IMG/VR virus record: IMGVR_UViG_3300031963_000066
Location: 1 to 64,000 of that record
Source of the DNA: a virus
Direction: 5' to 3' (one strand)
Length of the DNA stretch: 64,000 nt
Shown: positions 1 through 6,072 of the stretch, piece after piece
Layout: each line of letters opens with the position of its first letter
How positions within the stretch are numbered: position 1 is the stretch's first letter
The notes under the pieces: generated by a model
Told to the model about the DNA's origin: nothing
What the model saw: only the letters and a program-made list of their open reading frames with translations
Databases searched by the model: none
Position numbers and translations under genes: made by a program

Positions 1-38
1 ATGCGTCCATACACGATACCTTGATAACACTAAACAAA

Positions 39-113
39 TGGTACACCTAAGGAGAATCGAACTCCTCTTTCCGCCTTGAAAGGGCAGCGTCCTAACCGAT
101 AGACGATAGGTGC
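39..113 (-). tRNA. tRNA-Glu(UUC)
   Basis: Reverse complement folds into a cloverleaf: GCACCTA/TAGGTGT acceptor stem, anticodon loop CT-TTC-AA, GTTCGATT T-loop, encoded CCA. Confidence 0.95.
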
Positions 114-116
114 ATT

Positions 117-141
117 AACTACAACAAATTTTTAAAGAACA
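117..141 (-). promoter_or_regulatory. boxA-like antitermination element upstream of tRNA-Glu
   Basis: Minus strand TGTTCTTTAAAAATTTGTTGTAGTT, an exact 25-bp repeat of 1617-1641. Resembles rrn boxA (TGCTCTTTAACA). Confidence 0.7.
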
Positions 142-166
142 TGTTGATTTCTCAACTCATGCATGT

Positions 167-194
167 AGTATAACACAACCAGAGGTTTTGTCAA
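167..194 (-). promoter_or_regulatory. sigma70-type promoter for downstream tRNAs
   Basis: TTGACA-16 bp-TATACT on the minus strand, followed by boxA and tRNA-Glu. Confidence 0.8.
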
Positions 195-229
195 CATCTA
201 TTTGCAAGTTGTTGTAAACATACAACACT

Positions 230-300
230 GTCATAAAGGTCGTAAAAACAACCTTTATAAACAAAAACCAGTCATAAAGGTCTTAAAAACAACCTTTATG
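230..300. repeat. two tandem ~30-bp copies of an inverted repeat (ATAAAGGT-N10-ACCTTTAT)
   Basis: gtcataaaggtcgtaaaaacaacctttat and gtcataaaggtcttaaaaacaacctttat. Confidence 0.85.
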
Positions 301-305
301 GAAAA

Positions 306-381
306 TGGAGTAGGTGACAGGAATCGAACCTGCATAAAACAGATTTGCAATCTGCTCCCTAGCCTTTCGGGTCACACCTAC
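306..381 (-). tRNA. tRNA-Cys(GCA)
   Basis: Cloverleaf with anticodon arm GCAGA-TTGCAAA-TCTGT, U73 discriminator and CCA. Confidence 0.95.
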
Positions 382-387
382 AAAATT

Positions 388-479
388 TGGTACCAGCGTA
401 GGGAATCGAACCCTATCAAGAACGCTAATCTGGCGCTAAAAGGTGTATAAGACCTCTCTGACTACCAAGTCTCGCTGGC
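388..479 (-). tRNA. atypical tRNA with UAU anticodon (nominally Ile), long variable arm and minimal D-loop
   Basis: Acceptor GCCAGCG/CGCTGGT-A-CCA, D arm GACT-TGGT-AGTC, anticodon arm AGAGGT-CTTATAC-ACCTTT, V-arm AGCGC/GCGTT, T arm TAGGG-TTCGATT-CCCTA. Confidence 0.8.
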
Positions 480-480
480 A

Positions 481-569
481 TGGAGGTGAGCATCGGTCTC
501 GATCCGAATCCGCTTAACGCAAACGAACTGCTTAGCAGGCAGTCTTAGGTCCCACCTAATTTACTCACC
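481..569 (-). tRNA. tRNA-Ser(GCU) with 8/4 acceptor/T-stem geometry
   Basis: 8-bp acceptor GGTGAGTA/TGCTCACC, 4-bp T-stem TCGG/CCGA, anticodon arm ACTGC-CTGCTAA-GCAGT, long V-arm, CCA. Confidence 0.85.
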
Positions 570-1225
570 ATAACTCTACCTTTGCGCCAACCTTTTGGTA
601 TCGCATCGGTTTTTTTAATTTTTACATTTTCAATTTCATTTGTTATCCACATAGAACCGTATTGAGAATTTTTTTCGCCGTCATGTTTTCCTAAAGCTGA
701 TAATCTCATTTGTTCTTTAGTTTTTTGACTATGTTTTCTACCGGGCCATATTTTGGATAATCTATTCACTACATTTTTTTTATATTCTTCATCAGTCTTA
801 AATTTATTTTTAACACCTTCACTCATTTTGGTTCTAATTTTTTTATCATAATTCTCATCTTCTAACATTTTTTTATTTCTAGTTATAACCATCATAGACA
901 TGTGTGTTTTTGAGTGTGATGGATTATCTTTCCAATTGTTTAAATAATCAAATCCACCAAGTCCACCAATTTTAAGATTATAAGTATTTTCTGTTGTTAA
1001 AAAATCTTCATTAACTAATTCAGCTTCTTTTGCATACATTGGTTCAGGACTATCATATACAAACAATATATCTTTGGCAAAATTTTCAATACCATATTTC
1101 TCTTGTGCTCGCATTAAATATTTTCCTGAACCCATGTAATTGTCGTTCAAATTTTTGGTCTTATGTGTTCCAATATAAATTTTGCCATCAATTTGATTTG
1201 TTATCTTATAAACAGTAAAAAACAT
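545..1225 (-). CDS. GIY-YIG (Seg-like) homing endonuclease with NUMOD3-type motif
   Basis: N-terminal VYKITNQIDGKIYIGTH..YMGSG; C-terminal GRKHSQKTKEQMR and GWRKGR; AGGAG RBS; located inside the tRNA cluster like T4 segB. Confidence 0.9.
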   Translation of the reverse strand: MFFTVYKITNQIDGKIYIGTHKTKNLNDNYMGSGKYLMRAQEKYGIENFAKDILFVYDSPEPMYAKEAELVNEDFLTTENTYNLKIGGLGGFDYLNNWKDNPSHSKTHMSMMVITRNKKMLEDENYDKKIRTKMSEGVKNKFKTDEEYKKNVVNRLSKIWPGRKHSQKTKEQMRLSALGKHDGEKNSQYGSMWITNEIENVKIKKTDAIPKGWRKGRVMVSKLGGT

Positions 1226-1281
1226 TTTTAATCTCCTTTTACTTTATATATAAGAGTTCGAGTTTCGACAAAACTCAAGGG

Positions 1282-1368
1282 TGGAAGCGGTGAGATTCGA
1301 ACTCACGGACCATTTCTGATCGGCAGTTTTCAAGACTGCTGCAATAAACCGGACTCTGCCACACTTCC
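1282..1368 (-). tRNA. tRNA-Ser(UGA)
   Basis: GGAAGTG/CGCTTCC acceptor, GCAGT-CTTGAAA-ACTGC anticodon arm, long V-arm. The 3' end reads A-CCC, so CCA is not encoded. Confidence 0.92.
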
Positions 1369-1380
1369 ATTAATTGTTGA

Positions 1381-1459
1381 TACATTATCCTTCACTCACT
1401 CACGGTGTCACCGTAACCAGCGGAAGTTAATAACCTGCTCATGCGTTACTAATAATGTA
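1381..1459 (-). ncRNA. putative small structured RNA B in tRNA operon
   Basis: Closed by TACATTAT/ATAATGTA, with internal hairpins (GTAAC..GTTAC, ACGGT-GAC-ACCGT). Confidence 0.4.
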
Positions 1460-1542
1460 CCATATTGAAACACACTTCGGATACTGTACTAAACAGAAAC
1501 TAACCGCCACGGCCTATGCCGCTGAAATGCATTTCAATATGG
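1460..1542 (-). ncRNA. putative small structured RNA A in tRNA operon
   Basis: 19-bp closing helix CCATATTGAAATGCATTTC/GAAGTGTGTTTCAATATGG (3 G-U pairs, only valid on the minus strand) enclosing a GCGGC-ATAG-GCCGT hairpin. Confidence 0.55.
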
Positions 1543-1613
1543 CACCCGAAATAAGAATCGAACTTATACTAACAGAGTCAAAGTCTGCTGTGCTGCCACT
1601 ACACCATTCGGGA
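1540..1613 (-). tRNA. tRNA-Gln(UUG)
   Basis: Cloverleaf with anticodon arm GCAGA-CTTTGAC-TCTGT, G73 and CCA. Confidence 0.95.
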
Positions 1614-1616
1614 ATA

Positions 1617-1641
1617 AACTACAACAAATTTTTAAAGAACA
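1617..1641 (-). promoter_or_regulatory. boxA-like antitermination element upstream of tRNA-Gln
   Basis: Identical to 117-141. Confidence 0.7.
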
Positions 1642-1648
1642 AGTGTGT

Positions 1649-1676
1649 ATTGTAACAGAACCAAAGGTCCTGGCAA
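1649..1676 (-). promoter_or_regulatory. sigma70-type promoter (weaker consensus)
   Basis: TTGCCA-16 bp-TACAAT, same layout as 167-194. Confidence 0.6.
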
Positions 1677-1703
1677 CTACACTGTTGTATTGAAACAACA
1701 AAC

Positions 1704-1733
1704 AAAAAACCCTAGATTTTTTAGGTCTAGGGT
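1704..1733 (-). terminator. intrinsic terminator (candidate attenuator)
   Basis: ACCCTAGA-loop-TCTAGGGT followed by a U-tract on the minus strand. Confidence 0.85.
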
Positions 1734-1766
1734 CTTGTGTTTGGAGTCTTTTTTAGAACTTCTGTT

Positions 1767-1880
1767 TTAACTCTCCATCTTCACACAAAACCCGGTTGTA
1801 ATTGCCCATGAGCTATCGGCGCAATTAACTGTGCGATACTCTGGTTGCAACATAAAGGGCTTATGGGATATGAGAGACAC
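1767..1880 (-). CDS. putative 37-aa leader (attenuator) peptide MSLISHKPFMLQPEYRTVNCADSSWAITTGFCVKMES
   Basis: GTG start after purine-rich TAGAAAG, TAA stop. All 20 amino acids present and first 27 codons non-redundant. Lies between a promoter and a terminator. Confidence 0.75.
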   Translation of the reverse strand: MSLISHKPFMLQPEYRTVNCADSSWAITTGFCVKMES

Positions 1881-1911
1881 TTTTTTCTTTCTAAAAATTA
1901 AATATGTTTGT

Positions 1912-1940
1912 ATTATATAGTAAACTTTAAGCCGTGGCAA
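1912..1940 (-). promoter_or_regulatory. sigma70-type promoter of the leader/tRNA operon
   Basis: TTGCCA-17 bp-TATAAT with an A-tract upstream. Confidence 0.8.
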
Positions 1941-1961
1941 GCGGTTTTTTAAAAATATTTT

Positions 1962-2471
1962 TTATATTTTTTTCCATGCTATGGGTGTATGTTTTATTGG
2001 GTCTGTTGGATTTTTGAAATCGTTAAAGATTTCCCATAAATTTTCAGATATGGCAAACTTTGTTAGTAGTCCAGTCTCACGGCCATAGGCATCTATTTCC
2101 CATGGTTGAACCCAATAGTCCACTTTGTCTGAGTTGATTTTTTTACCACGCCACTTGGACAATTGGTCATTCGTTTCATCCTGAATATATTGTTTGACAT
2201 GAACCATTTCATGGGCCAATGTTTCCAGTATTCTTCTGGAACCAATATGCGGATGAATTTCTATTAGAAATTTTCTTGGTTGTTTTCTTGTGTTGTATTC
2301 CTCAACACTTGCAAAACCATATTCTTTTATGTTTTCGTCAAATTTAATTTCCACGGAACAGTTGTTCCGTATTCTGGAGTTTGGTACGAGCTCTTTGGAA
2401 TAGAATAATGCGGCTCTTTCCACGAAAGGCTTAAAGTCTTTGTCTGGACAATTGACTACCTTAACAAGCAT
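1962..2471 (-). CDS. hypothetical protein with HExxH zinc-metalloprotease motif
   Basis: TLAHEMVHVKQY..PWEIDAY; GGAG RBS; CTAAATA late-promoter variant at ~2504-2510. Confidence 0.7.
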   Translation of the reverse strand: MLVKVVNCPDKDFKPFVERAALFYSKELVPNSRIRNNCSVEIKFDENIKEYGFASVEEYNTRKQPRKFLIEIHPHIGSRRILETLAHEMVHVKQYIQDETNDQLSKWRGKKINSDKVDYWVQPWEIDAYGRETGLLTKFAISENLWEIFNDFKNPTDPIKHTPIAWKKI

Positions 2472-2514
2472 GGGAACTCCTTTGGACGATAATGTCCCAT
2501 GCTTATTTAGAGTT

Positions 2515-3042
2515 TCACATCTTTTCCACTTTTTCCACTTTCACTCCTGCTTTTTCCAAGAATTGTAAGCCATCTTGGATACGATAACTATTGCGATAAT
2601 AAACACTACTGATACCAGATTGGTAAACAAGCTTGGCACAGTCCAAACAAGGTGCATGAGTAACAAAGAGGTGAGCACCAAGGCCAGATTCATTTGATCT
2701 TGCCAGCTTAGCGATTGCATTAGTTTCCGCATGTAATACCTCTGGTTTGGTTGTTAGTTTATAACGAAGCCATGGAAGGTCTTCAGTTTTTGGTAACTGT
2801 TGTTCACTCCATGGCCACTGTTCTTCAATTTCTTGAGGGGACAACCAACCACCCGCCGTTTGGTCCATATATTCTTTATCTTCACAGTTGTTATCCCAAC
2901 CTGATGGCATACCATTGTAACCAATAGATATAATTCTATCATCTTTGACTACAATGGCACCAACATGAAGTCTACGAGCCGTTGACAATCCTGCGAATGT
3001 CTCAGCCACTTTCATATACGCATCAATAAATTTTTGTTTCAT
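2515..3042 (-). CDS. cd: dCMP deaminase
   Basis: VGAIVVKDDRIISIGYNG, HAETNAI and PCLDC motifs. Confidence 0.95.
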   Translation of the reverse strand: MKQKFIDAYMKVAETFAGLSTARRLHVGAIVVKDDRIISIGYNGMPSGWDNNCEDKEYMDQTAGGWLSPQEIEEQWPWSEQQLPKTEDLPWLRYKLTTKPEVLHAETNAIAKLARSNESGLGAHLFVTHAPCLDCAKLVYQSGISSVYYRNSYRIQDGLQFLEKAGVKVEKVEKM

Positions 3043-3056
3043 ACATCACTTTCAAT

Positions 3057-3131
3057 TGGTGCCCGCAGATGGGATCGAACCACCACTCAAGGGATTATGA
3101 GTCCCCTGCTTTACCATTAAGCTATACGGGC
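3057..3131 (-). tRNA. tRNA with CAU anticodon, probably tRNA-Ile2 (lysidine type)
   Basis: Cloverleaf with GCAGGGGACTCATAATCCCTTG, resembling the bacterial Ile2 anticodon arm; A73 and CCA. Confidence 0.85.
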
Positions 3132-3132
3132 G

Positions 3133-3327
3133 TTATTTGACATATTCCAAAGAATCTTTACGCATCCACTTTAACATGCGGCCTCTAGGAATTGGTATCT
3201 GTTCCGCCACAGGCAGAAACAATACACCATCAATCTCTTTGGGATCCCAATCAGATTGAGTAAAATAGATTTCACTTGGGTTCAAGCGATTGCGTAATTT
3301 GCGAATGGAAGTTTTAACAGTTTTCAT
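3133..3327 (-). CDS. hypothetical protein
   Basis: ORF; ATG at 3327 lies just downstream of the promoter. Confidence 0.65.
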   Translation of the reverse strand: MKTVKTSIRKLRNRLNPSEIYFTQSDWDPKEIDGVLFLPVAEQIPIPRGRMLKWMRKDSLEYVK

Positions 3328-3336
3328 AATGACACC

Positions 3337-3371
3337 ATTATACAACAAAAAAAGGGGTCAGTCAAGACCCC
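3337..3371 (-). promoter_or_regulatory. overlapping intrinsic terminator and sigma70 promoter
   Basis: GGGGTC-TTGACT-GACCCC-T7; the loop is the -35 box, 17 bp from TATAAT (3337-3342). Confidence 0.8.
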
Positions 3372-3377
3372 TTACGG

Positions 3378-3464
3378 TTATCTACCTTTTAAGGTACGGT
3401 CCGTTCTGTGTTTTTTGATAGCCTCTATGGCTTCTAAGATGCTTGAAAGAAGTCTTTTAAACAT
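3378..3464 (-). CDS. small 28-aa hypothetical peptide
   Basis: MFKRLLSSILEAIEAIKKHRTDRTLKGR; start overlaps the hsp20 stop (TGATG); ends before the terminator. Confidence 0.45.
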   Translation of the reverse strand: MFKRLLSSILEAIEAIKKHRTDRTLKGR

Positions 3465-3904
3465 CATTCATCCTTAGATTGAATAGAGATTTTTTTGATG
3501 GCATCTTGTGCCTTGACCATATTCTCCAACCACACTTTAAGCATACCATTAACCAATTCAGCATTCTTAATTTCGATGGTATCTTTTAGTGTGAAGGTGC
3601 GTTCAAATGCACGATTGGCAATACCTTTGTAGATATAGTCTTGGCTTTCGTCCTCTTTAGAGGAACCTTTGATGGCCAACTTATTGCCGTCCATAGTAAT
3701 TTCAATATCAGACTTTGCAAATCCAGCAACAGCCATTTCAATGACATACTTGTTGTCTTTGACTTGTTTGATATTGTATGGGGGATAAGATGGTACAGAT
3801 TTCGCAATATCTTTGGTTGCGGCTTGCAACATATCGGTAATCTGGTCTAGACCAATCATGTTTGGGTACAGTTGGTCAAATTTTGGAAACAGTAATCCTG
3901 TCAT
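3464..3904 (-). CDS. hsp20: small heat-shock protein (Hsp20/IbpA family)
   Basis: YPPYNI, IEMAVAGF, YKGIANRAFERTF, AELVNGML; AGGAG RBS before ATG 3904. Confidence 0.95.
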   Translation of the reverse strand: MTGLLFPKFDQLYPNMIGLDQITDMLQAATKDIAKSVPSYPPYNIKQVKDNKYVIEMAVAGFAKSDIEITMDGNKLAIKGSSKEDESQDYIYKGIANRAFERTFTLKDTIEIKNAELVNGMLKVWLENMVKAQDAIKKISIQSKDE

Positions 3905-3963
3905 AGTTTTCTCCTTAAAAAGCAAGATTAAAAAATTGCCGCCTCAAAGAGCACGGCACCATT

Positions 3964-3992
3964 ATTATACTATTATTTATACTGTTTGTCAA
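3964..3992 (-). promoter_or_regulatory. nested sigma70 promoter and T4 late promoter for hsp20
   Basis: TTGACA-17-TATAAT with TATAAATA (3974-3981) inside the spacer. Confidence 0.8.
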
Positions 3993-4396
3993 GCAGGTTG
4001 TGGTTTTTTACCAATATTGTATTTCGGTGTTAACTGCCACTCATTCTTCTCTTTGTGAGACAGAATCTTTACCTGTGAAAGAAAAATAGGTGCGGGCACC
4101 TCAGTTTGCTTTTTGTTGACAATCTTTACTAGACCCCAATCTTCCAATAGGTTTACGATTGCATTCCTACGGGACAGGTCATTTTCGGTAATGTCGGTTG
4201 GTTTACCGTCAAGGGCAAACAATTCTTTGAAATGTACCACATAGTACTGACCACGTTTGTGGAGTATGTGGCAAGATTGATATAGTGTCTTGTCCTTCTT
4301 AGACGCAACACCAATCCGTGTCAATGTTTCACGAACTTTTAAAAAATCATCTTTTTCATCCAAGGTCACTTCAACTAGGTCTTTAATGTCTATCAT
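3989..4396 (-). CDS. regA: translational repressor RegA
   Basis: DFLKVRETLTRIGVAS..LYQSCHILHKRGQYYVVHFKELF. Confidence 0.97.
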   Translation of the reverse strand: MIDIKDLVEVTLDEKDDFLKVRETLTRIGVASKKDKTLYQSCHILHKRGQYYVVHFKELFALDGKPTDITENDLSRRNAIVNLLEDWGLVKIVNKKQTEVPAPIFLSQVKILSHKEKNEWQLTPKYNIGKKPQPA

Positions 4397-4772
4397 TATT
4401 CTTCACTCCGCCTGTATCTATTTTTGTTTTTATATCAGCGATTTGTTCATCAGTAAGGATACGGAGGGCTTCTTTAGCCTTGGCGTTTGAATATCCAAAA
4501 TAGATTTTCACACACTCAATATCCTTATCAGAATCGGCTTTTTGCCACGGAACAAACTTCCGTTTCATGGGCCTGATGCTATTTAGAAGATACTGGTATT
4601 GCATGTCTTTGTCAATACCTGACCACATGTTGATTTCGTTAACAAATAACACGCAATCCAGGTGATTAGACAAAGACCTGTTGATTAGAAAGGGTGCATA
4701 ATCCTTGAAATCTAGGTCACCTTCCGGTGTCTTCTTTCTTAGGATGAAATCGGCATAGTCGAACGGACTCAT
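4383..4772 (-). CDS. 62: clamp loader small subunit gp62
   Basis: YAPFLINRSLS..QYQYLLNSIR; sits between gp44 and regA. Confidence 0.92.
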   Translation of the reverse strand: MSPFDYADFILRKKTPEGDLDFKDYAPFLINRSLSNHLDCVLFVNEINMWSGIDKDMQYQYLLNSIRPMKRKFVPWQKADSDKDIECVKIYFGYSNAKAKEALRILTDEQIADIKTKIDTGGVKNNDRH

Positions 4773-5704
4773 TTGAATTCACATTCAACCATAAGTTCGG
4801 TCAGGCAAGCAATCAAATTGATTTCATGGTCTGCAACAAAGGCTGATTGATATTGATACTTGGCCAAAATCAGAACCATCTGTGGTACAGAGTTTGGTTT
4901 CAACTTGTCATACAACGAATCATAGATGTTTCTAAAGATTCTGGTAATGTCATTGTCAAGGTTGTTTGTTGTCCATTTTCGACAAGAAGCAAAGTCCTTG
5001 TTCTTAATAGAAGATACCAACTCATTCATTTGCACATCAGAAACCGATGCAAGTATGCCCTTGTCAATCGTACCACTAACCGAATAACGCTGCAATTCAT
5101 TTAGAACACGGCGATTATCTGGAAAGTGTTTGGTGATAACGGCAGCAACCACAGATTTGTCGTAGGTTATCCCTTCTTGTTCCAGAATCCACTCAGCACG
5201 CTTGAAGAATGCTGCAGCCATCTTTTGTTTACTGCCATTGATTTTGAAGTCAACAACGGTACAACGAGAATGAATTGGGTCAATGATCCTGTTCTTGAAG
5301 TTACAAGTAAAGATGAAAGAACAGTTGGATGCAAACTCCTCAATCGCACCACGCATGGCAGGTTGAGTTGAATTTGGATTTAGATAGTCCGCTTCGTCAA
5401 TGATGACAACCTTGCGGCCGCCTGATAGGGACATAGATGATGCATAGTTTTTGATTTTGTTCCGTAGAACATCAATACCCGATTCGTCTGAACCGTTAAT
5501 CATAATATAATCGCAACCGACTTCTTCACAGAGAGCCTTTGCAATTGTGGTTTTACCGACACCAGCAGAACCCGCCAACAAGAGATTGGGAATCTCTTTG
5601 CGGTTTACATACTCCTGAAATGTTGCCTTGATACCATCAGGAAGAATACAATCTTCAATGGTTTTAGGACGATACTTCTCCACCCACAAAATGTGTTGTG
5701 ACAT
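4769..5704 (-). CDS. 44: clamp loader ATPase subunit gp44
   Basis: LWVEKYRP, GSAGVGKTT, IIDEAD, SRC. Confidence 0.97.
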   Translation of the reverse strand: MSQHILWVEKYRPKTIEDCILPDGIKATFQEYVNRKEIPNLLLAGSAGVGKTTIAKALCEEVGCDYIMINGSDESGIDVLRNKIKNYASSMSLSGGRKVVIIDEADYLNPNSTQPAMRGAIEEFASNCSFIFTCNFKNRIIDPIHSRCTVVDFKINGSKQKMAAAFFKRAEWILEQEGITYDKSVVAAVITKHFPDNRRVLNELQRYSVSGTIDKGILASVSDVQMNELVSSIKNKDFASCRKWTTNNLDNDITRIFRNIYDSLYDKLKPNSVPQMVLILAKYQYQSAFVADHEINLIACLTELMVECEFK

Positions 5705-5724
5705 TCAAATTCTCCATAATATAA

Positions 5725-6072
5725 TTAAATTTCGTCATGCCATTTAAATCCAAGCAAAAGCTTGGCAAAAAATCTTACGACTGCATTTGGTTTTGTGGGT
5801 CTATACACAAACATAGAGTCTGTGATTTCCCACTTACCAACCTGTTTTTTCGCATCAGGTCTTAAAACAAAAGAATTCATTACTGGTGATGATGTGATTC
5901 CACCAATTCCGACACCACCATTAGAAATAAGAAGTGGCGTCCAGCCAACAGTACTATTAGCCGATTGATTCTTTCGCCACTCAGCAATCCATTGTTTGCA
6001 TGGAGTAAAATCCAAATCCAATGTCGTTTGTTCCGTCAATGGATAAAAAAATTGAATCTCCAACTGTTGCAT
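5725..6072 (-). CDS. hypothetical protein
   Basis: ORF coupled to the upstream stop (TAATG). Confidence 0.6.
   Translation of the reverse strand: MQQLEIQFFYPLTEQTTLDLDFTPCKQWIAEWRKNQSANSTVGWTPLLISNGGVGIGGITSSPVMNSFVLRPDAKKQVGKWEITDSMFVYRPTKPNAVVRFFAKLLLGFKWHDEI

Noticed and set aside
1-38. Possible 5' part of another RNA gene at the window edge
   Set aside because: Too little sequence to fold or identify.
230-300. Mini-CRISPR array
   Set aside because: Only two repeats with a ~12-nt gap and no cas genes.
202-450. Plus-strand 82-aa ORF (and 1455-1655)
   Set aside because: Antisense to tRNA genes and regulatory elements, with no RBS or recognisable motif.
1240-1281. Theta/HDV-like ribozyme in the tRNA-Ser 3' trailer
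   Set aside because: Only a simple GAGTTT/AAACTC hairpin is visible; the nested double pseudoknot cannot be built.
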